A stretch of 54,623 nucleotides of DNA from Octopus bimaculoides (Eukaryota): assembly GCF_001194135.2 (NCBI RefSeq), contig NC_068986.1, positions 7,024,193 to 7,078,815 of the forward strand, written 5' to 3'. Position 1 is the stretch's first letter. Each line of letters begins with the position of its first letter. Below are positions 36,792 through 49,370 of the stretch, piece after piece. A program made the translations under genes and the position numbers. The notes under the pieces are model-generated. The model searched no databases and was not told where the DNA came from. It saw only the letters and a list, made by a program, of their open reading frames with translations.

Positions 36792-37180
36792 TTAATGCAC
36801 ACCATTCAGCCTACTGTATAATAAAATGTAAAAACTTTTCATATATCGTGATTAACAGTAATATTTCCCAACAAACAATAAGCATGATTAACTTCATCTG
36901 TAAAAAGCCCACCCTTGCAGAATGGATTCAATATGATAAAAACAAAAACTTGGCTTCCTCATCTAAACACTTCTGTTTGCATCTCAACCATCCTTCTCTA
37001 GTCTCCACTCACTCTCCTTCAGTCGCCTATCACTGCAACGAGTTCCAAAATGCATGCTGGGGTTCATCAGAATGAGATGAATCACAATTAAGTATCACAT
37101 AAAATTGAAAGAAATAAATTATACTGATAAATCAAAATGTCTTATAAAAAAAAAAAAGATTATTATTATTAAAAGGATAC

Positions 37181-37284
37181 GTTTAATACAATGGTTTGTG
37201 CAAGGGAGAGCTTTCTTATTGCATTTACCATCATCTTCATTTCGATAGCAACAGAATCTCTTCCTTAAACCAGACATTTTGTGC
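37181..37284 (-). CDS. INO80D: INO80D exon, first half of the zf-C3Hc3H domain (CCYRNEDDGKCNKKALPCTNHCIKH)
   Basis: ttttcctttcag|G acceptor and C|gtatcc donor; 104 bp, phase 2 to 1. Resembles human CANKALPFTRHCFQH. Confidence 0.92.
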
Positions 37285-37541
37285 CTGAAAGGAAAACTGA
37301 AATTAGTACAAAATCTACAGAAATATTCTGAAAAATAGTCATAGGGCTAGTTTCCTTGTTTCTGTGGTGTATATATTCCCCACTGTACAGGATGGAATGG
37401 ACTTCAAAAATTTACATATCTAAATAATTTTTGTGCAAATTTTAAAAAAAAACTCCTACAAAAATTACCCATTACAAAGGGTGCTGCAAAGTTCCTGGCT
37501 TCAAGGGTAGAGCAGTTACCTTTACAGGGGAGGTAGGGCAA

Positions 37542-37587
<46 letters not shown>

Positions 37588-37685
37588 GAGACCAATCCTT
37601 ATGACATGTCTGTTATCAAACACTCATTGAAACCATTTTTTTTTTCAGATGCTGAATAACTTTCCCCTCTCCATATCCCTTTCCA

Positions 37686-40310
37686 AGTTTTCAGAGTTGG
37701 CACTGCCAATGTAGGCACATTGAAAGGTAGGTCTTGAGATTGTTGGGATGCTTGAATGGAGAGCAGCATCAGCCAGGTTACTCACAGGCAAGACACAAAG
37801 GTATAAACACTTCAAGGTAACAGTGACGGGGGGGTAGGTGGTGTGGGCATATTCCTTGCAGATGAATGGGTGGGGGAGGCCACAGAGTATGTGATAGAGT
37901 ACTTAAGCTCAGGTTACTTTTGCAGAATAGTACAGTGGCAATTATCTCTGCCTGTGCCCCACACGTGGATCTACCAAATGAACAAAAGGACCACTGTTAC
38001 GATATCCTTCTACAGGCTACCTCAAAGATGAATAACAATGATCACATCTTCGTGGCTGGGGAGTTCAATGGGCACGTCGGGCAGCAGCCCAGTATCTTTC
38101 ATGGTGTACATGGGGGCCATGGAATTGGTTCTCAGAACGAAGAGGGGAACAAAACTGCTGGAGTTTTGTGATGCAAATAACCTATCAATTTTTAACACCT
38201 ACTTCAGGAAACCAACCAGCCACCTAATTACCTATGAATCGAGTGACCACACTAGCCAGATCAATTACATTCTCACCAGATAACAAGATACATGGTTGTT
38301 CATAAATGCAAAGATCTTCTCTGGTGAAGAATGTACCTCGCAACATAGACTAGTCATAAGTGACTTTAAACTTCAAGCCAGAAGGGTGCCACAAAGACCA
38401 ATCTGGAACCTTAAGGATTCTCTGTATGATCAAAAATTTAGGGACATCCTAATTGAGAAATTTGATGAAGAGGAGGAGGAACTACAGATTTGTAACATAG
38501 AGGGTAGCTGGGAATTCCTTGGAGACAGCTTGCCATAGACAAAAATCTGTTGCTGGTGTAAAGTCTGATTCGACCTAGGGTGATGTGGTGGTGGAACAAT
38601 GCTGTAGACAAGGCCATTAGAGTAAAGAAACAGGCCTGGAAGAGTGGAAGTAGCAGAAAGCTAGGAGGCAAGTATATTTAGCTAGAGAAGTAACAGAAAA
38701 GAAGAAGTTTGCTAATGTTCTGTGACATGAAGGCCAAAGACATAAAATGTTTTGGATTGAAAGACAGCATGTGAGAGAAAATCATGATGTGGTAGGAGAG
38801 AAATGTGTCCACATGGAAGATGGTTCACTTGCATTTAATGATTCCACAAAGAAAGAAGTTTAGAAACGCCGTTATGAAAGGCTGCTAAATGTGGAGAATG
38901 AGAGTCTGCCAAATGTTGACCCAATTGAGGGACAAGCTACCCGAATTGACAGTACCGTGGTAGATAAAGCAATTCAGGATATGAAGACAGGGAAAGCCCC
39001 TGGCTTATCAGGAATCACCACTGAGATGCTTAAAATATTTGGTGGGGTAGGTTATGGGCTAGCCATCTGTATAGTTAACCAGGTAGCAGCACCATAGTCA
39101 ACTGTTACAAAGGTAAAGATGACACTTTAGACACAAATAAATACAGAAGTATCAAATTGTTGGATCAAATGATGAATGTCACGGAGAGGGTCATAGCCCA
39201 ACTAATTGAAGAGAGAGTTAGTCTAGATGAGATGCAGTTTGGTTTCGTGCCAGGGAGAAACACTACTGAGGCTATATTTCTGTAAGGGCAGCTGCAGGAG
39301 AAATACATAGCCAAAGATAAACCTCTGTACTTGGCTTTTGTTGACTTGGAGAAAGCTTTGAACAGGGTTCCCTGCTCCCTTATCTGGTGGTCAATGCAGA
39401 AACTAAGGATACATGAGTGGTTGCTGAGAGCTGTACAAGCCACGTACAGAGATGTTGTCAGTAAGGTGAGGGTTGGCAATGAGTATAGCGAAGAATTCAG
39501 GGTATAAGTAGAGGTTTACCAAGTCCTCAAACCCCTTTTGTTCATCATAGTCCTCCAGGTAATAATAGAGGAATTTAAGACAGATTGCCCCTGGGAGCTC
39601 TTCTATGCTAATGACCTTATTCTTATTGCTGAATCACTACCAGAACTAAAGATGAAGTTTCGGGTGTGGAAGTAAGGTCTGCAATCAAAGGGCCTTAGAG
39701 TCAATCTAGCAAAAACTAAAGTCATAGTAAGTAGGAAGGCAGACGAATCACAAATCATTTCAGGTAGATGGCCCTGTTTAATGTGTAGGGAGAAAGATGT
39801 ACATAGAAATTTCATAAGATGTATCCAGTGTAAGCTATGGACTCATAAGAGGTGCAGCAATATCAGAGGAAGGCTAACAGGATATATAGTTTTTGTGTGT
39901 GGAAGGTGCACAGGTACAATTAACACTAAAAATGTTCAGAAAACAGACTCTATCAAATGCCAGGGGAAAAATCTATAAGTAGTTGACAGCTTCCGTTACC
40001 TAAGTCAGTAGCAGGGGTGGATGCTCCGAGAGAGTAGCTGCTAGGATAAGAATAGGTTGGGCAAAGTTTAGAGAGATCCTACTTCTGTTGGTAATAAAGG
40101 GCTTCTCCTTCACAGTGAAAGTCAGATTGTATGATGCTTGTGTGTGAACAGTCATGCTACACAGCAGTGAAACATGGGCTGTAATTGCTGGGGACATGCG
40201 TAGGCTTGAAAGAAATGATGCTAGTATGTTTTGCTGGATGTGCAATGTCAGTGTACATGTACGACAGAGTGTAAGTGTCTTGAGAGAAAAGATGAGCATA
40301 AGAGGCATAT
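37686..40310 (+). mobile_element. Near full-length degenerate RTE-clade LINE ORF (APE endonuclease + RT + embedded PHD-like finger), antisense inside an INO80D intron
   Basis: RVGTANVGTLKGR, FVAGEFNGHVG, MQFGFVPGRNTTEAI, ELFYANDL (degenerate YADD), CIQCKLWTHKRCS, MLHSSETWAV; many stops and frameshifts; 3' end truncated. Confidence 0.92.
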
Positions 40311-40476
40311 TGTCTGTCAAATCATTTTTTGCCATAGATTTGTGAATTAGTTACATTTTAAAACAAAAATTACAAATGGCAAACAAAAAATTCTAATTTA
40401 ATACAAATATAATTCCTGCATCTTGTTCTAATTTTATTTTTTCCCCGCAAATTCTTATCAAGCAAAAACAACTTAC

Positions 40477-40698
40477 ACATTACATTTCTTCTGCGGTTTG
40501 TTAAGCACAAAATGTAAAGACTTGAGAGCAGCAGGAGGCCTATCCCGTAAGGCATGAATCAAAGCAAGAGTTGCTTTATTCTTATTTAACTGAATATTTG
40601 CATTGAAGCAACCAGCAACTTGAGATTGAACAACATGACGCCGTAATCGTGCACGTCGGATGGCCAATTTTCTGCTCCGATAATGAGGGGACAGATTT
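40477..40698 (-). CDS. INO80D: INO80D exon (NLSPHYRSRKLAIRRARLRR...KPQKKCNV)
   Basis: ttctgttttag|A acceptor and GT|gtaagt donor; 222 bp, phase 2 to 2, open frame. Confidence 0.88.
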
Positions 40699-40752
40699 CT
40701 AAAACAGAAATAAAATAAATAAATGAAAATTTATTGCTACTTTAATTAAAAT

Positions 40753-40789
<37 letters not shown>

Positions 40790-41024
40790 TTTCAGTAACA
40801 ATAACTGCACATCTCAAACAATTTCATGAAGTTTATTAAATGTTTTCAAGTGAAATATTTCAGTAGTTAAAAGCTGCTTGGCATAAGAACTAGGTCATCA
40901 TTCAATTAGTTTTTGATCTGTAACAGCAAAAAAAACATTCAATTTTTTACAAATGAATTATTCATGTTGACATCATCAGGTAGTCTTTCCATTGAAAAAA
41001 AATTTAAACGTCAGAGTTACTTAC

Positions 41025-41124
41025 TCATCTTTAACATCTTCATCAGATGATAAAACTAACCAATCATTCTGCCAGGGTAAGTGTTCGTCCTCACTATTTT
41101 CTTCATCTTCAGAACTATTCAAGC
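41025..41124 (-). CDS. INO80D: INO80D exon (GLNSSEDEENSEDEHLPWQNDW...)
   Basis: aaatag|GC acceptor and GA|gtaagt donor; 100 bp, phase 1 to 2. Phase-compatible with both neighbours. Acidic segment resembles human GLDWSEESGEE. An extra exon in the 10-kb upstream intron cannot be excluded. Confidence 0.85.
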
Positions 41125-41173
41125 CTATTTAAATGAAATAAACAATCAAATCATCTCCACGCTACATCATATA

Positions 41174-41189
<16 letters not shown>

Positions 41190-41207
<18 letters not shown>

Positions 41208-42050
41208 CATTTTTATGTCTAATTTCCCTGCTGGCAAGTTATCACAGTTCAAGTAATTTCTTACTGTGAGCTGCTGTTTCCATTGACTGGTGCTCTTGCA
41301 TCCTATCTAACTTGGTTTCTATGATTGGATGCTCTCCTACTATCAACCACTTTATGAGTTGTACTGGGTGTATTTTTTGTGGAACCAGTATTAGAAAGAA
41401 TAGCTAAATAGATTTCAGAACTCTACACATTTTCTGCTCATCTGCCAACCACTTCAGTGTGTACTGGGTGCATTTCATAGTATCAGCAACAGAAATTGTC
41501 TTACTCACCAATCACTTGTAACTAATGGGACAAGATAAGGAGTAGGTGATAGTTGGCAATAGAAGTACCTTGCAATGGCTGGTAATAGAGAAGGGCAAAG
41601 AAGGTAAAGGAGATGTACTAAAGAGAAGGAATTATAGAGGCATGAGGGAGATCCAGAGATCCAAGGCAGTCTCTTATACATAGGCCTTGAGGGTGGACCA
41701 ATGCAATCTCTGAGGCATAGATCAAGTGAAGGGTGAGGAAGTTAGCTGGTGGAGAGAGGTGATAAATAAAGTAATGGAGGTGGCTGAAAGGAGGGGCAGC
41801 AAAATGTATGAGGTACACTAGTCAGAGTATAAAAAATCTCAAACTCTAAAACTCTACTTTTCTATCAGGATGTGTTTTGCTGTGGATGAAGTCTTCTTTG
41901 ATATCTTGCTTTCATTAATGTGGAATTCTTGGTATTTCTTTAAGCAGCAGTTAGTTCCCACAAGCAGCCAGTCTTAAACTCCTCCGTGATGGCCAGTATG
42001 GGGCTGTGATGAATCAGTGGTGGCTGAGGACTCAGCCCTGTTACAACCCT
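41190..42050 (-). mobile_element. Degenerate RTE (RT fragment EEFKTGCLWEL, purine-rich UTR on +, terminal module)
   Basis: - strand ORF 41940-42137 remnant, then UTR and module pointing left. Confidence 0.65.
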
Positions 42051-42469
42051 ATCTTTATGCTTTGTTGCTGAACTCAAGTTAACTCTCACTTTATTTATTA
42101 CATCTTTGTACAGTAAGCTAGAAAAAAAAAATGCCATATGTATCTACAATTAACTATTGAAATGCCAACAAGGCAGAAAAAAAAGACATCCTCAGATATT
42201 GAAAAATATACTTTACTAGGGCAAAAGTTCATAAACAAGTTTCCAATCCCATTGTTAGAAAACAACAGAAGAATATATTGTGGTACTTGCTTATATTTGA
42301 GTTTGAAGATGGAGAAAGAGAGCTTTATTTGTAACTCTCAGAACTGAATGCCTGAGAACTGAATGGCATGAGTGTCTGGGAAAACTACATCACACAAACT
42401 AGATTGTCATTGAAGAAACACTAACAGTCAATCATTTTGGAAAATACTAGACAAATTCCAAAAAGCACC

Positions 42470-43050
42470 GTTCAAGTGTTGGGTCTCATATAGGCAGTGA
42501 CAGGCAACCGAGACCTTTGACTATATACTGTGCCTGTGTAGACCTGTCAAGTCAAGTGAGATGGTAGTTGTGGTCAATGCCGGTGTCATGGCACTTGCAC
42601 CCGAGCCGGTGGCACGTAAAAAGCACCCACTACACATTCTTGGAGTGGTTGGTGTTAAGGAGGGCATCCAACTGTAGAAACCTTGCCAAATCAGATTGGA
42701 GCCTGGTGCAGCTCAGCTTATCAATTTTCAGTGAAACCGTCCAACCCATGCCATAATGGAAAGCAGACGTTAAACAATGATGATGAAAATATACCTGACT
42801 GGCCTTGTAGGGTTTTCGAGTGAGATCGTTGCCAGTGCCCCTGGACTGGCTCTTGTGCGGGTGACACATAAAAGCACCCACTACACTCTCTGAGTGGTTG
42901 GCGTTAGGAAGGGCATCCAGCTGTAGAAACTCTGCCAAATCAGATTGGAGCCTGGTGTAGCCATCCGGTTGCACCAGTCCTCAGTCAAATCGTCCAACCC
43001 ATGCTAGCATGGAAAGCGGACGTTAAACGACGATGATGATGATGATGATG
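42470..43050 (+). mobile_element. Two tandem RTE 3' ends (about 42470-42787 and 42795-43050)
   Basis: Two complete terminal modules, each ending in (GAT)n. Confidence 0.85.
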
Positions 43051-44281
43051 CGCAGTAAAGAACCTCCCTAATTTTAAAATATTCCTTATTTTATATGCTT
43101 AGACTCAATCAACTACAATGTTACAACAAATTACTGAAGTAAAACAACATATTAAGAAATACAAAACACACTAAAACACTTACTATGAAAAGAATACTAT
43201 TAAGAAAAGATAAGCATTGCAAAATTTGTTTTTTAAATACTTAAAATCATAACTTTTCTCTTAAAGATACTTAAAATATATTCTCCATGAAAAGCTCAGA
43301 GAAATAAAACAGAAAGATGACACTAAAAGTCTGATTTTGCATGCAAGCAATTGTGGAGTAGCAATCATCTGATGTTGACTTGGAAAAGACATCAGTGAAC
43401 AATACCTTGAATAACCAAGTAACCCTTCTGAAGGGCAACATTGCTCCACATAGGGAATGGCCTGCAAAAGTTAGCCAAACCAAAACTTGTTACCATTTCC
43501 CAAGTTCACTAGATACAGCAAATAGACATCCTTAAATACAATGTAATGGCAACAAATAAACACAGAAAAGATATACACCTGCTTCAACAAGGTGTGCAAG
43601 AATACAATTGAGCATGCAGGAAAAGCATAACCATGTTCAGTATGCAGATTGCAATTGCCTAGAAAGGCATACTGTTCTGATTATTCATAAACTTTCAAGA
43701 GGAAAACAGTCTTCAATAACATGGTGTCTGTACTTTCTGTTGCTCTTACAAACCACAAACATCTTCCTAGAGTTGTAATTTCCTAAATAACCAAGTACCA
43801 GTGAGAGCCTGGATTTTTCATTTCTGGCAACAAATAGCAATACTACACATAGCACTTTAATGTATGGAACTTTCAAGAACTTCCATTGCATCTCTTAATG
43901 CTTGTGTACACTTACTGTTTGCACAGATTACTTTTACTTATTCCAGCATTATACAAATTTTTCCAGTGTTTCTATGCTTCATCTTCATGCATTTTTGTCA
44001 AAATATTTTTTTTTCATTCAAGATGGAAAAACAGGGTCCATACTTTACAATAAGCTGAATGGGGGGAAGAGGTATTTGGGGAGGAAGATGCAGAGGTAAT
44101 GAAGTTCTATAAAATGAGAGGATAAAGCATTTTGTATAAAGTCTAAGAATTAAAACACATTGTGAATTTTGGTAGGAAGTGTGACAGATATGTGAAAGAA
44201 AGAGCTGTATAAAGAAGTTAAGAAAGGTAATTGGATGTAGAAATAACAGTGAAAGAGGAGATACCCTTTTGAATATGCAGT

Positions 44282-44780
44282 ATCATCATCATCATCATTT
44301 AACATCCACTTTCCATGCTAGCATGGGTCGGATGGTTTGACTGAAAACTGCACTAGGTTCCGATCTGATTTGGCAAGGTTTCTATGGTTTCCTAACACCA
44401 ACCACTCCAAGAGTGTAGTGGGTGTTATATACATACCACCAGCACAGGTGACACTGACCTGACACCAGCATTGGCCATGACTATGGCCTCACTTGCTTTC
44501 ACAGGTATACACAAACACAGTATATTACCTAAGGTCTTGGTCACCTGTCACTGCCTCCAAGAGGCCCAACGCTCAAACGGTGCCTTTTACATGCCACTGG
44601 CACAGGTATCAGTCAGACAACATGGGCATTGGCCACGGTTACGATTTCACTTGGCTTGACAGATCTTCACAAGCATAGCATATCGCCTGACAATCAAAGG
44701 GTGCTTTTAATGGGCCAGTTATATGACACTGGCATCGGCCATGACTACAATCTCATTTGGCTTGACGGGCCATTCATATT
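44282..44780 (-). mobile_element. RTE terminal module with tandem-unit 3'UTR
   Basis: catcatcatcatttaacatccactttccatgctagcatggg...; repeated ttggccacgg/acgatttcacttggc units. Confidence 0.75.
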
Positions 44781-45417
44781 GTATACTAAGGTGTATGATT
44801 TGTTCTTTTATTTTCTAGTGATCAGAGAATGTGCAGCATTAGAGAATGTAGAATAACCTATTGTATAGTGGAGGTGCATTACACAATTATTCAACTAACA
44901 TTCCAGCTGAAGCAGTCTCAACTTTTGCTGTAGGATTTAAGAATGAAATACAATTGTTATTTCAAAAATAACAGCAAGAATGTTTAAGGAAACATTTTTG
45001 CTATCATCAGCTGTTTTATAGAATGTTCTTTCATAATCTGAAATGAAGGAGAGATTTTAAACTTATCCACCAGGTCAGTCCACATCCACAGAGAAATGAT
45101 GAAAGGCATTTCATCTATCTCACCTTTTTCTCTAGACACAGTATATCAAGGTACTATACAAGGTGTTGTTCTTTTTCTAAAATGATAAGGAGAGTTTAAA
45201 GAGCGCTTAGCTGCTGTTTCTAAGAAGGCTAAGCTGGAGATAATGCTCTTAAATATTGAAACAATAAACAACTGAAGGCCTTGGCTTTCCCAAAATTGAT
45301 ACATTACAAAATATTGATATTTGTAGGAACTCTAATACATATAACTGATAAATCATTTTCTTTCATATTTAAGTACCAATTTCATATTTTAGTAAAAATA
45401 ATATTTTACTCTTATGA

Positions 45418-46900
45418 TCATTTAATGTCAGCTTTCCATGCTGGAAAGGGTCAGACGGTTTGACTGGAACTGGTAAGCCAGGGAGCTGCACCAGGTTCCA
45501 GTTTGATTTGGCATGGTTTCTACAGCTGGATGCCTTTCCTAACACCAATCACTCCCAGAGTGTAATGGGTGCTACTTTTACGCGCCACCTGTATGAGTGC
45601 CACTGACATGACACTGGCAATGGCTCTGACTACGATTTCACGGGTGCCATTTACATGACACTACAACAGCCATGACTGATTTCACTTGGCTTGATGAGTC
45701 TTCTCAAGCAAAGCATATTGCCAGAAGTCTTGATCACCTTCCATCACCTCCGTGAGGCCCAACATTCAAAAGTGCTGAATCACCACCTCATCCTTCACAT
45801 CCAGGAGGCCCAACATTCGAAGCTCGTGCTTCACCAGCTTCTCCCTCACCTTCATGAGACCCAACATTAAAAGGTCGTACTTCACCACCTCATCCCATGT
45901 CTCCCTGGGTCTACCCCTTCCACAGCTTCTCTCTACAGCACTCCTCATGCATATGCATCACATGACCATACCAGTACATTTGTTTCTCTTGCGCACCACA
46001 TCTGATGCCTCTTATGCCCAGTTTTTCTCTCAAAACACTTACACTCTATCGTACATGCACACTGACCTTGCACATCTAGTGAAGCATACTAGCTTCATTT
46101 CTATCAAGCCTTCGCATTTCGCTGCCATGGAACATGGCTGCTTGCACACAAGCATCATACTATCTGCCTTTCACTCTGAGGGACAGGCCCTTTGTTACCA
46201 ACAGAAGTAGAAGCTCTCTGAACTTAGCCCATCTCATTCTTATTTTAGCAGCTATGCTCTCAGAGCATCCACCTCCACTGCTGACTTGGTCACCTGTACA
46301 TCTGCCACACACAAAGACCTATTTTCCTTGTTAACCCTCCTCTGATATTGCTGCACCTCTTATGTGTCCATAGCTTGCACTGAGTACATCTTATAGAGTT
46401 TCTGCCTATACCTTTCCTACACATTGAGCAGAGTCATCTACCTGAAGTGATTTGTGATTTGTCGAGGACTATGATGAACAAGAGGGGGCTGAGGACTGAT
46501 CCTTGGTGAACCCTTACTAGTACACTGAATTCATAGTTATACTTGTTGCTAGCCCTCACCTTACTGACAACATCTCTGTACATGGTTTGTATAGCTCTCA
46601 CCAACCACTCATCTATTCCTAGCTTCCACATTGACTGCCAAGATAAAAGAACAGAAAAGCCTGTCAAAAGCTTTCTCCGTGTCAACAAATTATTTTTACC
46701 AGAAATTTAGCAACAGTGGTGCTTCTCCCTGGCACAAATCCAAATTCCATCTCATCTATACTGAACTCTCTTCTTAATTAGTTGAGCTATGACCTTCTCT
46801 TTAATTTTCATCACCTGATACCTCTGTAATTATTTCTGTCTAAGGTGTCACCTTTACCTTTGTAACAGTTGACTATGATGCTGCTACACCAATCATTGGG
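45418..46900 (-). mobile_element. 5'-truncated, internally deleted RTE LINE with 3'UTR and tail
   Basis: WKLGIDEWLVRAIQ, HQGSVLSPLLFIIVLD, THKRCSNIRG, RGRPRETWDEVV. Confidence 0.88.
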
Positions 46901-47609
46901 AATGACTCCTTTGTGTACAACCTGATTAACTTAGCAGATGTTTTCAGAAACTTTATTTTTTAAAACTAAAACTTTGAATACTTGCTAAAATATTAAAAAA
47001 TCAAATACAGAAAAGTTTCTTAGCTTTTTATGTTTTGAAACAAGTAATAACATTGTCTCATAATATCAAAGAAAGAATTCGGATTTGGGTTGGTAACACT
47101 GTATAGCTGGGTTCAATCTAATTTCATAAGTCGTTTATTTAAATAGTGTTTACAACACCCATCTCTGTTCTAGAGAGAGAGAGATCATTATCATCATTTA
47201 ACATTCATGATCCATGCTGGCATGGATTAGATTATCTCTATTTAAATAAGCAATACAAGAAATTGCCAGCAATTTATATTCTATTGTCATTTTCTTTTCA
47301 ATCACTACCAGCATCTTTTTCCCCATTCCTCTCAATAAACTTTCAGACAGCTATTGTCATGTGCATGACCTATATACTATGACCAATGCAGAACAACTGC
47401 TTAGCCCTCCAGATTTTAGTAAGGTTAACTAAGGAATTCTCCTTTGCCATCAAACTGCCCACTAGTTTTGTACCTTCTAAGATATTTTGAAAAACAAGGG
47501 CTAGCAACAGGAAGGGCCATCTGGCTGTAAAACAATGCTTCAATATGTTGTCAAATACAAGGTAGCATAAAACAAACATACAATATATATATATATATAT
47601 ATATATATC

Positions 47610-47996
47610 GACGACTGGCCCCCATGCCAACGTCTCCTTCACTGGACACTAAACTCGGCTTGCGAAGACTTGTTGGGGCAAGCGAAAGCGAAATCAGGAT
47701 GGCACCTGTACCAGTGGAGTGCTAAGAGCACCGTTCGAGCGTAATCATTACCAGCGTCACCTTCCTGGCACTTGAGCCAGTGCAGGTGGCATGTAAAATA
47801 CACCATTTTGAGCGTGGTCGTTGCCAGTACTGCCTGTCTGGCCTTCGTGCCGGTGGCACGTAAAAGCACCAACTACACTCTTGGAGTGGTTGGCGTTAGG
47901 AAGGGTATCCAGCTGTAGAAGCTCTGCCAAATCAGATTGGAGCCTGGTGTAGCCATCTGGTTCACCAGTCCTCAGTCAAATTGTCCAACCCATGCT
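47610..47996 (+). mobile_element. RTE 3'UTR (three tandem units) plus terminal module
   Basis: gtgccggtggcacgtaaaagcacc...catgctagc; folds back into a palindrome at the contig end. Confidence 0.8.
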
Positions 47997-48124
47997 AGCA
48001 TGGGTTGGACAATTTGACTGAGGACTGGTGAACCAGATGGCTACACCAGGCTCCAATCTGATTTGGCAGAGCTTCTACAGCTGGATACNNNNNNNNNNNN
48101 NNNNNATATATATATATATATATA

Positions 48125-48380
48125 GATGTTTGTAGAATAGAATTGGGTGGAGGAATTTCAGAGAGCTATTACCTCTGTTGGCAATAAAAGGACTCTCTTT
48201 CAGAGTGAAAGGTAGACTTTATGGTGCTTGTATGTGAACAGCTATACTCCATGGTAGTGAGACATGGGCTCTGAATGCAGATGACATGTAGACTGAAGAG
48301 AAATGAAGATAGTATTCTCCGTTGATATGCAACATCAGTGCACAAATACGGCGAAGTGCAAATATATTGAAAGAAAAGTT
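48125..48380 (+). mobile_element. Degenerate RTE post-RT fragment
   Basis: FRELLPLLAIKGLSFRVKGRLYGACM...LHGSETWAL remnant. Confidence 0.8.
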
Positions 48381-48385
48381 GGGCA

Positions 48386-49370
48386 TGTTACTATAATGGG
48401 CATTATGTCCATCTGTCTGTTCCCTTTTCAGGGTCAAACAGCTGGACCCATGATCACAATGCTTTTGGAGATTATGAAAGAGGTAATCAGGAAGATTTTA
48501 GCGAAAAAAAAAAAAAGTGAAAAAGTATGATTATTCAGTGGATATTGATTCTTTTTGTTAAAATTTCAGCAACAAGGATTAACTCTGGATTACGCCCCCA
48601 CTCCCACCATATAGTTTGTGAATCTAGAGGGTTTAGATTTGCATTTCCCATTGTAGATGGGCAGATGTACTATCTTACTATAATGGGTGTTATGTCAGTC
48701 AGTCCGTCTCTTTGTCTGTTCCCTCTTCACAGCCAGACAGCTGGACCAATGGTTACGATAGTTTGGGGATTACAAAGATGGTTATCAGGAAGGTTTTTAG
48801 CATTAAAAACCCAGAAAATATGATTTAGTGAATATTGATTTTTGAATTGATAAACTACCTTTACAATTATATTAAAAATTCACTGACCATGAGTAACTCT
48901 GGATTTTCATTCTGTAGTTCATGGCCCCAATGTAGATATGAAGGGGGTTGCGAGGATGGTTAATAGCAAAAATAAAATGGGAAAAGTGTATGCGATTATT
49001 TAGTGGTTATTGAAGTGTGTCGGCCTCAAGCTGGATTCAATATGGCTAACCGAAGCAGCTGTTATTTACATCTCAGTTTTGTGAATCAAAATAACCCACG
49101 GTACTAAAACATCCAGACATTATTCACATAGAGCAGTGAGGTAAGTCTTACTTTGATTCTTTGCAACCCTAAAGATTCTGCTCACACAGTCAAAGCAAAC
49201 AAGTCACAAGGCCAGACTTTAGATTGTGTAGGTGTATTTTTACCCACTCCGATGTTTACACACAGCCAGTTACATGTCGCTATGAGTAGAGCAACAGACA
49301 CCAGTAATTTGAAAATTAGTGTACACCACACAGAAAACATCGTCTACAAAGAAGTTTTCTAATCAAATTG
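48386..49370 (+). mobile_element. Helitron remnant: two related non-coding units plus Rep/helicase C-terminal fragment (49153-49362)
   Basis: TVKANKSQGQTLDCVGVFLPTPMFTHSQLHVAMSRA...TENIVYKEVF matches PIF1-type Helitron helicase motifs V/VI and the usual NVVYKEV ending; 5' TCTTACTATAAT at 48673; 3'-type hairpin CCCAT..ATGGG followed by CTAT at about 48645-48673. Confidence 0.75.

Noticed and set aside
37473-37500. Mariner-like TIR start (TA-CAAAGGGTGCTGCAAAGTTCCTGGC)
   Set aside because: No matching opposite TIR was found, so there is too little to call an element.
18475-45020. Other CTGA(T/A)GA occurrences checked as hammerhead cores (for example 18475, 27628, 34086, 45004)
   Set aside because: None has the flanking stem I/II/III plus GAAA geometry.
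43300-45050. Possible extra INO80D exons in the long intron (acceptor-like sites near 43462 and 45038; KYRHHVIEDCFPL at about 43700)
   Set aside because: No acceptor/donor pair giving an open phase 1-to-1 exon was found. The flanking exons already join in frame.
47905-48088. Perfect 184-bp palindrome (92-bp arms centred at 47996/47997)
   Set aside because: It is centred on the element's intrinsic CCATGCTAGCATGG palindrome, both arms share the same private variants, and it ends exactly at an N gap. This is most likely a fold-back assembly or library artefact; long reads would settle it.
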